Below are positions 29,900-38,837 of a stretch of 64,000 nucleotides of DNA, piece by piece (positions within the stretch are counted from its first letter, which is position 1; each line of letters opens with the position of its first letter). Source of the DNA: a plasmid. The stretch lies in sequence record CP089609.1, one strand, 5' to 3'. Both the position numbers and the translations under genes were made by a program. A model generated the notes under the pieces. It saw only the letters and a program-made list of their open reading frames with translations, ran no database searches and had not been told where the DNA came from.

Positions 29900-30625
29900 A
29901 TGAGCATGCCGATGAACCTAGCTGCGCTCGATGGCCCCTGGGTCGATCAATGGCTCACCCCGCCGCGGTTGGCGACCTATCTGCGCGCTGCCGGCGGATC
30001 CCGCGAGAAAGCTCTGCGCCTCTACGAGTGGAACCATGACGCCGCCAACGCCATCCATCGCGATCTCGGCCACTTCGAGGTTGGTTTACGCAACGCCTAC
30101 GACCACGCACTGCGTGCGCACTGGACGGGGCCGGCCGACTGGACTGACAGTGCCCCGCAACTGTTCCCACCCCGTATGGGTTCGCGCGGAAAGCCGAAAG
30201 TGTCTGTTGACCTCAACGCCACCACACGAGCATTGCTGGTGCGCGCACGCCAGGACGCTGGCGGTGTGGCCGCCCGCCCGGAGAAGGTCGTGGCCGAGCT
30301 GACGTTGGGGTTCTGGCGGTATCTATCCATCAAACGTCAGGAGTCCGCCCTGTGGATCCCTTACCTGCGTCACGCGTTCCCCGCGGGCACTGACCGCGCC
30401 CGCGATGTGGATGGTCCGGTCGGCCGAATTCATGACCTTCGAAACCGCGTTGCCCACCACGAGCCGCTGCTCAACGTCAATCTCGCACGCCGGCACAGCG
30501 ACATCATCGACCTGGCCGATCTGATCAGTCCTGATCTGGGCTCGTTCGTCGCGCGCACAAGCACGCTGCCCGAGGTCCTGGCCCGACGCCCCATCGCCGC
30601 GCTGCCACCGAAGTCGGGCCGATAG
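29900..30625 (+). CDS. Abi_2-family (AbiD/AbiF-like) abortive-infection-type protein
   Basis: ATG 29900 with a GGAGGGACC SD. Family hallmarks: HFEVGLRNAYDHAL...LGFWRYL...LRNRVAHHEPL. Confidence 0.65.
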   Translation: MSMPMNLAALDGPWVDQWLTPPRLATYLRAAGGSREKALRLYEWNHDAANAIHRDLGHFEVGLRNAYDHALRAHWTGPADWTDSAPQLFPPRMGSRGKPKVSVDLNATTRALLVRARQDAGGVAARPEKVVAELTLGFWRYLSIKRQESALWIPYLRHAFPAGTDRARDVDGPVGRIHDLRNRVAHHEPLLNVNLARRHSDIIDLADLISPDLGSFVARTSTLPEVLARRPIAALPPKSGR

Positions 30626-30698
30626 CGTGCCCAAGACGCACTCCTCGCGCCCGCGTTCTTGAGTGTTCTTCTCCTGCCCAATCGGCCTGACGCTCTCC

Positions 30699-30959
30699 TT
30701 ACATCGGGATGGTGGGGATGCCGTGCTCGTCGCAGTGCTGGCGCATGATCTCTCTGCCGGCATGAAGTTTGTCCACGGCGCCCGTTAGAAGCTGCTGCTG
30801 GATGTAAGGGTCACCATCGGCAGCCTGGCCGAGTATGCGCTCGCCGGCGCCGACCTCAGAGATCAAGGCGTGCACGGCGTCCCGCTTGTCAGCGGCCAGG
30901 TTCGGGAGTTCGGCTATCGTGTGCAGCACTTCGCGTGCCAGCCCAGCTTCAGCGGTCAC
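30699..30959 (-). CDS. Hypothetical small protein
   Basis: 86-aa ORF. Confidence 0.35.
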   Translation of the reverse strand: MTAEAGLAREVLHTIAELPNLAADKRDAVHALISEVGAGERILGQAADGDPYIQQQLLTGAVDKLHAGREIMRQHCDEHGIPTIPM

Positions 30960-31219
30960 AAGTCCACCGTCCGTTCATTCAATCGGTTCGTCGGATCGTT
31001 GAACGTCATTGTTTCGCATCGCAGTGGACCGCCGCGTCGATTATTGAGGGCAGTTCGGCGCTCCGTGTTCGGATGCCTGACACGTTGAGCGCTGGTTCAG
31101 CCGAGTTCTCCGTGACACTGGTTCGCCTTCTACGACACCCCTGGGATCAGACAGCGCGCACCGGTTTTCTGATCGATATTCGAATCCGAACCGGTCTAGG
31201 AAATGCTGAGGACGATTAG

Positions 31220-31567
31220 TTGTCGGTGGCTACTCATAAACTCTCCGACATGAAGAACATCGGGTTTATCGGCCGGTCTCGCGACGATCTTCGCGCCTTT
31301 CCGAAAGATATTCGACAGCTAGCCGGGTACCAGCTTTTCCTTATGCAGATGGGCGAGACCCCGAAAGGCTCCAAGCCGATGTCACGGGTGGGGAAGGGAT
31401 GCGTTGAGCTGATCATCAACGGTCACGGGGTCTGGTTTCGCGTCCTTGTGGCTCCCACCGTCGACGCGGACACGATCTGGGTTCTTCACTGCTTCCAGAA
31501 GAAAACGAACACCACACCGGTCAGTGACATTCGCCTGGGGCAAACCCGGTATCGGCAGATAGGCTAG
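31220..31567 (+). CDS. higB: Gp49/HigB-like RelE/ParE-superfamily toxin
   Basis: KPMSRVGKGCVELIINGHGVWFRVLV...IWVLHCFQKKTNTTP matches the DUF891/Gp49 signature (…FRVxY…IVLLHgFqKKTqKTP). Confidence 0.7.
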   Translation: MSVATHKLSDMKNIGFIGRSRDDLRAFPKDIRQLAGYQLFLMQMGETPKGSKPMSRVGKGCVELIINGHGVWFRVLVAPTVDADTIWVLHCFQKKTNTTPVSDIRLGQTRYRQIG

Positions 31568-31571
31568 GGGT

Positions 31572-31826
31572 ATGGCGACGTACAGCCGTGTCTGGGATGC
31601 GATCACTGATTCCGCCGCTGAGGCCGATGACCTCCAGGCGCGCGCGGAGTTGCTCTATGCGTTGCAGAAGCAGATCTCGTCGCGTGGGTGGACGGTGGAT
31701 GAGGCCGCGGACCGCTTGGGTCTCGCGACGGCCCGGGCCAGCCAGTTGATCGCCGGCGATATCGCCGAGTTTCCCCTCCCTGACCTGCAGCAGCTCACCA
31801 GCACCGCCGCCGGCTGCGCGCATTGA
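31572..31826 (+). CDS. higA: HigA-like XRE HTH antitoxin
   Basis: WTVDEAADRLGLATARASQLIAGD is an HTH. Lies immediately downstream of the toxin gene (toxin-first order typical of higBA). Confidence 0.65.
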   Translation: MATYSRVWDAITDSAAEADDLQARAELLYALQKQISSRGWTVDEAADRLGLATARASQLIAGDIAEFPLPDLQQLTSTAAGCAH

Positions 31827-31885
31827 CCCTCAGCTAGTGCGACGCCGTGTCTTGACGATGTACAGGATAGGGAGGCTTTGACCAG

Positions 31886-32026
31886 ATGAGCGAAGACCAG
31901 CCGGCGGGCACGTCGGGTGAAAATGATGTGGTCGAGGATGCCGCGTTGCTGAACGATCTTGCTGACCGGCTGATCCTCGGCGGCGCGTGGACGTGGGCTG
32001 ACGGCGGCCTGGGCGCCACCCGATAG
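31886..32026 (+). CDS. Small ORF (46 aa)
   Basis: A GGGAGG SD sits 11 nt before the ATG; otherwise unsupported. Confidence 0.25.
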   Translation: MSEDQPAGTSGENDVVEDAALLNDLADRLILGGAWTWADGGLGATR

Positions 32027-32491
32027 AAAGCGCTACCTGCGCGGTAGGTCTTTGTCGCATGGGCCAGTTCCGCGGCGGATCCGTCTCCGACAGGAAGCGC
32101 ACTTCGGGGTTGGCGGCGCTCCTATTCGCCGGCCCAGGGCTCGTGCGGGGCGTCCCTACGCCTGCGCGCGCATTACTGACTTCACTTGCTGATACCTATT
32201 TATCAATTCCGCGTAGGTCACCCTGGACTTTTCCGCGAGGAACTTCTTAGCTTAAACAGTAAGCATTCGGAATAAACTCTTTACTCTGAAACTGACAATT
32301 GGGGAACGGATATTTCCTCGCGTGGACCCACACAATGAAGTAGCGGCGGTGACACAATTGTTGACATCGCTGGCAACTGCGCTCGTCGGCTGTCATGATG
32401 GGTGACATGTTCGCTTCAACGGCACGTTGCGCAGCGATCGCCACGCGCATCCTTGGGCGGTGCCATTCCCTCCAGCCAGGACGGTGTGACG

Positions 32492-32860
32492 ATGCCCGCC
32501 GCTGACATCCCTTCGGCCGCCGACGGAAATGCTCTGCGCGCCGAAGTGGCACAGGCCCAGAAGCTCATCGCCGAGGGCGCTCAGATCGGCACGACGCCGG
32601 CAGCAGAATCCGCCGCTTCAGCAGCTCCCCCATGCCGCCCGACTGCAGCGGAGTCTCCGTTTGACACCGCGTTCCAAGCGGTCGTGACTGCACTGCCCCT
32701 GGGCGATTCGGGAGTGGCAACGACGTCCTCAGCTAGCTCCTCCGTACATGCCGGCGGATCGGAGGCTGCGGTGGCCACGGTCGTTACCGCCGACCTCGAC
32801 TCGGCCAACGAGATGTCCCAGGCCGGATCTGCCACCGCCGGAGCGCAGTTCACCATCTGA
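32492..32860 (+). CDS. Ala/Ser-rich hypothetical protein
   Basis: Internal Met of ORF 32402-32860; low complexity. Confidence 0.3.
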   Translation: MPAADIPSAADGNALRAEVAQAQKLIAEGAQIGTTPAAESAASAAPPCRPTAAESPFDTAFQAVVTALPLGDSGVATTSSASSSVHAGGSEAAVATVVTADLDSANEMSQAGSATAGAQFTI

Positions 32861-32904
32861 ACACTCCCCGGATCAGCCGGGCGCGGGTTACGGGTCTCGT
32901 CGGC

Positions 32905-33402
32905 TCAGCACCCGAAGCCCGGCGCAGCCAGGGTCAACCAATCAAGAATTTCGCGTTGCGGCAACGTCCATCCGTCGAGCGGGAGTTGTGCCACCACAAC
33001 GTGTTTATATGCCTGATATACCTCAGGCAGGACCGCGCAGCCGTCGTCGCATGCCGTGCAACACACGCGATATGACGGTGCAGCGCCCTGGGCCTGCCTC
33101 GACGTTGCGGTCTCCGCCGCGGTGAGCGGTTGCAACGTATCTCCATCCCAGCGGGCCCATACTTTTCCACTGCCCGAGCACACCGCGCATCGTGCGCGTG
33201 GGCCGAGCGCATGGATCAGCAATGAGCGGGCCAGGTCGGCCGGGCTGGATCCTTCGTAGCCCCAGCTAAGTCCCCCTGGGGCATGTTTGACGATGTGCGG
33301 TAGTGGCCCGACAACATGGTCATCGATCTCGATGACGACCAGCCGGGGTCCGGCGGGGTTGTCTGGACGGTATCCGCGATAGGTGACCGTACATCCGCTC
33401 AT
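32905..33402 (-). CDS. Hypothetical protein
   Basis: 165-aa ORF. Confidence 0.45.
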   Translation of the reverse strand: MSGCTVTYRGYRPDNPAGPRLVVIEIDDHVVGPLPHIVKHAPGGLSWGYEGSSPADLARSLLIHALGPRARCAVCSGSGKVWARWDGDTLQPLTAAETATSRQAQGAAPSYRVCCTACDDGCAVLPEVYQAYKHVVVAQLPLDGWTLPQREILDWLTLAAPGFGC

Positions 33403-33459
33403 CGGGGACTGTCCTTTCTCAACGGCCCCTATGCGAGACCAGGCCTTGCCTCCGACATT

Positions 33460-33481
33460 AATACACCCATATCGGTGTATT
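33460..33481. promoter_or_regulatory. Palindrome copy 2 (aATACACC-catatc-GGTGTATt)
   Basis: 7/8 arms; upstream of 33639. Confidence 0.5.
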
Positions 33482-33638
33482 CAATGGATCTCAGCGCGCG
33501 ACGCCGGCTCGATGACCCACATTTCCCGTGCGGAACCCGTACAGAAACACAAATCCTCGTTCTGGACCGCCATGAGAACGTCTGATCTGCAAATACCACT
33601 GTTTACCATCCCTGTGTCGCATTGATGGTATCTCCCGT

Positions 33639-36053
33639 ATGTGCTATTCATGGCTCATGGTGTTCAACACTCCCGAGTTTGGCCGTATCGCTCGATCAGC
33701 TCGCGGTGAGCTCAGCCAGGACGACATCACCACCCGCGGCGGACCACCCCGACAACGACAGTCACCGATCGAGCGCGGCGATCGCGTCGAGCTGTCTGAC
33801 ACGGTTCTGGCCCAGCTGGACATGGGCTATGCGTGGGCGCCGGACACCGCCCGCGCACTGCTGGTCCGGCCCTCACGGCCGGAAGGATTCAGTGAGCAGT
33901 TCAGCGCACTGTCGGCAAACGCTTTGGGACTGGATGAGGACGGTGCCGACGTCCCACTGCCCGATCTCCTCGTGACCCGCTGTGCTCGCGACCTTCTTCC
34001 CGTCATCACGCGGTGGCCGGGACCTGTGCTGATCGGCGTTGCCAACGACGCCATGGCCCGCCGGGACCCCGATTCGCTCGCGGCGCTGATCGAGAACTGG
34101 GATGCGTGGACCGACGATGCCGATGATCCGTACCGCCGGCGCGAGTTCCATCTGCGCGCCGGATTACACAGTCCGGCCGCAGCTTCGGCGATCGCTCTGG
34201 ATCCCATCGTTGCCGTTCGCTCCTTCCGTCAAGTGGTTGACCTGTTTCTTTCGCTCGCCAAAGTGCAGACCTCTGTAGAACATGAGACTCGCGAAACGCT
34301 TGAGAAGCAGGCGTTTACGCTCCTGTTCGTTGCCAGTGAGGCTCGCCGCCGCGGTCTCGGCGCCGGGCTGAACGCCTTGGACGATCTGGCTGGCTTCATT
34401 CGTCAGGAACCTTCCCACGGTCTCGGCTGGCGGACCCCGCGCGACGGCGGCTGGGATGTCCAGAGCGATTGGGAGACGTTTCGCAACCACACCGGGCTCA
34501 GTTCTCGTTTCGAGAAGCCTCATGCCGGCCTCATCGCGGTGCTCGACGGTCTCAACGCCATCCGTGATTTCCACGTCGACGCCGAACTTGTCGATCCCTA
34601 CCCCGATGGTCTGGTCAATCCCGACGATCAGTACGACCCTGATCGGGCCGTTCAGCCGACGACGCAGCCTGCCATGCGCGCGATCACCGATCTCGACGAG
34701 ACCATCTTGTTCTACAACGCATCGTTGTGCCCAGAACTGCCGGTGATCGTCGACTGGGCCTATCGCGGACGTCCGCACCCACCACTGGTTATCAGTGACT
34801 TCCACGATACGACAAGGGGTTTGAGTAGCTCCAAGTTCATCATGGTCGACAACAACGCCGAGCTCGACACCGAGATCGCGAAGGCGCCGTTGTGCTCGCG
34901 CCTGGTGCAAACCGACAGCTTCGGGCGGGCAATCTTCGTCCCGGCCCGTTCGGCTTCAGGGCCGTCGCAGCCGGCCAGACACGTCTGGTTGGCTCGAAAT
35001 GGACGCATCACCTCCAACCGGTATGACGGTGCATCCCGTCTCACCTCGGCAGCCGCAGCCACCGAGGTTCGCGATTTCTACGACGCCCACAAGGACTCGC
35101 TGGGCCCTGTCCTCTACGCCCATCACAACCGCTTCGCCAGCCGCAGTCCCCTGCTCACCCTGGTCGACAACACTGGGCATCAAATGCTGCTCTGGGGACC
35201 ACCGGACCTCAAAGAGCGTGAGCACGGTCCGGGGATCGCTCCGGTAATCACCCCGACGCGCATGGCAATCGCATCCATCCTCGAGGAGGCGGGGTTCGGC
35301 TCGGTCCAGGCGATGATCGACGAAACCCACACCGCCGACAGAAGGCTGTTTCGCTCGAACCCTGATCTCGTGCTGACGTTCGACGTAGACCACGGTGAGG
35401 CCCAGCGCCAACTCGTCACCGTCAACGCCACTGAATTCACCATTGGGCTCTGCCTTTCCGACGACGAAGGCGCCCGCGAGCTGATGATCGACGCGATCTG
35501 GCGGCTCTGCAACGAGCGACCCACCCATGAGATCCGGGTGCTCACACTCATCGGGGAAAACCTATCGACGGACAGCCCGTGGACCGACATCACCAGGCAG
35601 CCTCACCTGTTGGCACACTTCTCACCAGCCAAACCGGCCGACCTCGATACCGTCCTGGAGAAGTTCAACGCGACGCTGCAACACGAAATCGACGCTCGCG
35701 AGGCGGTCCCCCGCCAACCCGGGATCTCCGGAATGCCCGCCCGCCGACAGCCTTTGCCGCACCTTCTGGTCGCCATCGACGGCTTCGCCGACGCCGAACG
35801 ACTGCTGCGTTCACCGGCGTTCTGCTACGCAGTGCAACACGGTAAAACCCTCGGTATCCACGTGGTGCTCTGCGGTCCCGGCCAGGCACTGGATTCCTAC
35901 AACCACCTCGACTGCTACCACGTCCCCAGCGCCGGACCGATCGTCATCGACTCAGAGGGGAAGTACCGCCCAGGGATCCCGAAGGTGGAAGGCGTCAACA
36001 CGCTCCCGGGGTCAGGGTCACAAAACCTAGCCGCCAACCCTTTCCAGCGGTAG
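33639..36053 (+). CDS. Large hypothetical protein with C-terminal degenerate FtsK-like domain (Walker B only)
   Basis: 804 aa. The C-terminus has PHLLVAIDGFADAE and KTLGIHVVLCGP, which correspond to the Walker B and arginine-finger regions of the FtsK-like proteins at 6177 and 36840. No P-loop was found. Confidence 0.6.
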   Translation: MCYSWLMVFNTPEFGRIARSARGELSQDDITTRGGPPRQRQSPIERGDRVELSDTVLAQLDMGYAWAPDTARALLVRPSRPEGFSEQFSALSANALGLDEDGADVPLPDLLVTRCARDLLPVITRWPGPVLIGVANDAMARRDPDSLAALIENWDAWTDDADDPYRRREFHLRAGLHSPAAASAIALDPIVAVRSFRQVVDLFLSLAKVQTSVEHETRETLEKQAFTLLFVASEARRRGLGAGLNALDDLAGFIRQEPSHGLGWRTPRDGGWDVQSDWETFRNHTGLSSRFEKPHAGLIAVLDGLNAIRDFHVDAELVDPYPDGLVNPDDQYDPDRAVQPTTQPAMRAITDLDETILFYNASLCPELPVIVDWAYRGRPHPPLVISDFHDTTRGLSSSKFIMVDNNAELDTEIAKAPLCSRLVQTDSFGRAIFVPARSASGPSQPARHVWLARNGRITSNRYDGASRLTSAAAATEVRDFYDAHKDSLGPVLYAHHNRFASRSPLLTLVDNTGHQMLLWGPPDLKEREHGPGIAPVITPTRMAIASILEEAGFGSVQAMIDETHTADRRLFRSNPDLVLTFDVDHGEAQRQLVTVNATEFTIGLCLSDDEGARELMIDAIWRLCNERPTHEIRVLTLIGENLSTDSPWTDITRQPHLLAHFSPAKPADLDTVLEKFNATLQHEIDAREAVPRQPGISGMPARRQPLPHLLVAIDGFADAERLLRSPAFCYAVQHGKTLGIHVVLCGPGQALDSYNHLDCYHVPSAGPIVIDSEGKYRPGIPKVEGVNTLPGSGSQNLAANPFQR

Positions 36054-36102
36054 CCCTGTTCCCGAATCGCACCGCACTAACAACGAACTCACCCGTGCGT
36101 GG

Positions 36103-36714
36103 CTATCCGCAGATGCTCGACTCGTGTTGGCGGTAGAAGGTCCGCGCGGCCGGCACCTCATCGGCGTAGGGCCCCAAGAACGCCGCTCTTTGCACTGCTT
36201 GCGCGGCAACGGCTTCCGGCATGTGTTGCCAGCCCGCGATCTTCTGCAGCGCGTCGAAGAACCGATGGGCGGCCATGCTCGGCGTCATCCGCTCGACAAC
36301 CGAACCCCAGTCTGGGCCTTGCAGAAACAGTCCCACGGCCTGGCCGTTGTCGAGGGCCAGACCGTCATGGCGCATCGCGAGGGATTCCGGCACGCGTGGG
36401 TTCGCCACATTCCGCATTCCGGTTTCACGCTGTGCGGCGATCAGTCCGGCGACGATGCCTCGCTGGGGGATCCCCATGTGTCGTCCGGTCGAGATGATCG
36501 ACACACCGTAGTCGGCCGGGCCGCTCACCTCGTGAGAGCATGGCGCCGCCGCTGTCGTCTCGGGCGCGGCGATAATGTCCGGGCTGACTATTCGAAGGCC
36601 CGCCAGCACCGGCGCGGCCAGCGCAATAACCAGGGAGGCCGCGGCGCCCAGGACCAGCCGCCGGCCGCGGCGATCGCCGCCCGCGCCCAGCACGCGCTCT
36701 TCAGGTGTGCTCAT
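36103..36714 (-). CDS. Secreted transglycosylase-like protein (paralog of the central domain of 3726-4922)
   Basis: GQAVGLFLQGPDWGSVVERMTPSMAAHRFFDALQKIAGWQHMPEAVAAQAVQRAAF aligns with GSIGIMQQQWPWWGTMQELMTPAIAARKFYEALLKVANWQNLPVTVAAQSVQGSAL. N-terminal TM. Its start sits at a conserved leaderless motif. Confidence 0.65.
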   Translation of the reverse strand: MSTPEERVLGAGGDRRGRRLVLGAAASLVIALAAPVLAGLRIVSPDIIAAPETTAAAPCSHEVSGPADYGVSIISTGRHMGIPQRGIVAGLIAAQRETGMRNVANPRVPESLAMRHDGLALDNGQAVGLFLQGPDWGSVVERMTPSMAAHRFFDALQKIAGWQHMPEAVAAQAVQRAAFLGPYADEVPAARTFYRQHESSICG

Positions 36715-36731
36715 GTCCTGAGGTATATGCC
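36712..36731 (-). promoter_or_regulatory. Leaderless motif copy d (minus strand) for 36103-36714
   Basis: The reverse complement reads GGCATATACCTCAGGACATG. Confidence 0.5.
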
Positions 36732-36822
36732 GGCACGCTCGCTGATCCGGTCAACTGGCTGCGCCTCCGATCGAGCCGCCCGTCTCTGACGCCGGATGTG
36801 TGACCGGAATAATCGATGGACG

Positions 36823-36842
36823 GGCATATACCTCAGGGCATG
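36823..36842 (+). promoter_or_regulatory. Leaderless motif copy e for 36840-37610 (divergent from copy d, 110 nt apart)
   Basis: GGCATATACCTCAGGGCATG. Confidence 0.5.
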
Positions 36843-37610
36843 ACCGTCCATACGCAGTTCGTAGCGCATACGAAGTCACTCGCGCAGCCGCCGCTGCATC
36901 CCGAGGCGGTCGACGCTCACGCGGCGATCACGGACTATTCGCGGTTCACCGTCGCCCTGGCCGAAGACAATGCCGGCCGCATGCTCTGCTGGCGACCGGT
37001 GGACTGCCCGCACCTTGCTGTCGTCGGCGACTCTGGGTGCGGCCAGACCGTCACCGTCCAAAACGCTGTGGTCCAGTTCGCGCGTGCGCATTGGGCCGTG
37101 CACGTCGCGGCGCGGTTCGACTTCGAGTACGAACAGTTCCGCGCGTGGCCGAATGTGCGGTGCATCGCCACCGATCCGGATACGCAGATCGCGTTGATCG
37201 GCCATCTGAAGCAGATTCTCCGGCAGCGGCTCCTCGCGGGTCGCACCCGTGTCCCTGCGCCGATAGTCCTGCTGGTCGACAACCTCTACGAGCTCACCGG
37301 AAATTTCTCGTTCGCCCACGCCTATTCCGGGACGCCAACCTCGGATCCAGCCACCACTGATCTCCGCCTTCTGCTGCGGTACGGCCGCCGGGCGCGCATC
37401 CATGTGCTGACAGCGACAATGCCCCGGAGCCACGCCGCCCAGCTCGACGGCGAAACCCGTGAGCATTTTGTGGAACTGCCCCTCAGCCGCCGCCATCACG
37501 GGCCCGACTTATCGGCATATCTCGACGAGGACCGCGGATTCATCGCCCACCGCAATCTCGCCGTTCTTCGACCCACGCGCACCAGCTACGAGCCGCTGGA
37601 CCTGAACTGA
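36840..37610 (+). CDS. Stand-alone FtsK/SpoIIIE-like ATPase domain protein (Walker A + B)
   Basis: Walker A VVGDSGCGQT, Walker B IVLLVDNLYEL and an R-finger region RARIHVLTAT. Paralog of the C-terminal domain of 6177-8452. Starts at a leaderless motif, divergent from 36714. Confidence 0.7.
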   Translation: MTVHTQFVAHTKSLAQPPLHPEAVDAHAAITDYSRFTVALAEDNAGRMLCWRPVDCPHLAVVGDSGCGQTVTVQNAVVQFARAHWAVHVAARFDFEYEQFRAWPNVRCIATDPDTQIALIGHLKQILRQRLLAGRTRVPAPIVLLVDNLYELTGNFSFAHAYSGTPTSDPATTDLRLLLRYGRRARIHVLTATMPRSHAAQLDGETREHFVELPLSRRHHGPDLSAYLDEDRGFIAHRNLAVLRPTRTSYEPLDLN

Positions 37611-37662
37611 CCGGTGCTGACCTGTTGCAACCCTTTCAGCACCAACGAAACGGAGACCCACC

Positions 37663-38229
37663 GTGACCAATCATGCTGACTTCCCCACGCGTCCAACATG
37701 GTTGACCCGCACCGTGCGTGCGGGTACAGCCCTGGTCCTGAGTGTGGGGTGCTTCGGCGCGGGATGGTGGACCGGCGCGAGGACCACCAGCGACCCGGTA
37801 GCGCACCAGGTGGCCGCCGATATGCAAACGTGCGGCGCATTCCAGGCGATTGACCACCTGGCCGATGAATCGAAGGATCCACTGTCTGGCCCCCACGGGT
37901 CGACGCAGACACACGATTTCATCGCCCTGTCCTCGGCAATGAACAACGCCCGGGCAGCAGAGCTTTCCGACTCGCTCGATGCTGCGGTCACGACCTACGT
38001 GTACGCCCTGGCGAATCTGGGTGCGGTCGTCAACGCCCGGGAGCCGATCGACGACATCGAGTCGATGCGCCTGATCGTGAATCTGAGCGCGCACACCGTG
38101 GCCACGGTATGCCAACGACCAGCCACCGATCGAACCTCGGGGACCGCCGATCACGGTGCCGATGAGGCCGCCACCCAGACGCATCGTGACGTCCACGGCT
38201 CGCAGTCCACAGCCACCGACCACCCGTGA
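37663..38229 (+). CDS. Secreted hypothetical protein
   Basis: GTG start with a GGAG SD. Signal peptide/TM segment TALVLSVGCFGAGWW. Confidence 0.5.
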   Translation: MTNHADFPTRPTWLTRTVRAGTALVLSVGCFGAGWWTGARTTSDPVAHQVAADMQTCGAFQAIDHLADESKDPLSGPHGSTQTHDFIALSSAMNNARAAELSDSLDAAVTTYVYALANLGAVVNAREPIDDIESMRLIVNLSAHTVATVCQRPATDRTSGTADHGADEAATQTHRDVHGSQSTATDHP

Positions 38230-38283
38230 CCCTGCCCAACACCCAACCATCGCCGCCGCGGTGACAGGATTGGCATGCGCGCC

Positions 38284-38303
38284 GGCATATACCTGTGGTC
38301 ATG
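38284..38303 (+). promoter_or_regulatory. Leaderless motif copy f for 38301-38807
   Basis: GGCATATACCTGTGGTCATG. Confidence 0.5.
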
Positions 38304-38807
38304 ACCAACGAATTCGCTGACCGCACTAAGCCGACCGAGGTCGCCAACCTGGCGGCCTATGCCACCAAAACCGGATGGGCGGTGAGTGTTCTCACGCTCA
38401 AGGACTCCACACACCACGGTATCGACGACCCCCGTATCGACATTGCCTCCACCCCCGACGACCATGTGAAGCTCATCGCCCGCCTCTATGCGCAGATGCA
38501 GCAGCGGGCCGCGGCCGAGCCCTGCCAGGATCCACCGGTTCTCCTGGTCATCGACGAGTACGCCGATGTTTCTTCCGCCTTGGAGAGCTGGAGGCAAGAC
38601 CACCCCGACGCCCAGGCCGGTCGGCAGCTGCGGGAGCTTTTCCGGCTCGGCCGCCGACAGAAGATCACCGTCATCGCCCAGAGCCGGCGGCCCGCACCGG
38701 ACTTCTTCCCCGCTGAGCAGACAGCAGACCTCACCAACCGTCGGGTAGGGCCCGGCGCGCTCCCCTACGCCGTCATCCAGCAGTACTTCGGATCATCGCC
38801 GCAGTAA
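38301..38807 (+). CDS. Degenerate FtsK-like fragment (Walker B + R-finger region, no P-loop)
   Basis: PPVLLVIDEYADV and RLGRRQKITVIAQSRRP match the Walker B and arginine-finger region of 6177-8452 and 36840-37610. Starts at a leaderless motif. Confidence 0.5.
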   Translation: MTNEFADRTKPTEVANLAAYATKTGWAVSVLTLKDSTHHGIDDPRIDIASTPDDHVKLIARLYAQMQQRAAAEPCQDPPVLLVIDEYADVSSALESWRQDHPDAQAGRQLRELFRLGRRQKITVIAQSRRPAPDFFPAEQTADLTNRRVGPGALPYAVIQQYFGSSPQ

Positions 38808-38837
38808 TCGGCGCTGCCGATCACACCTGAGCGCGAT

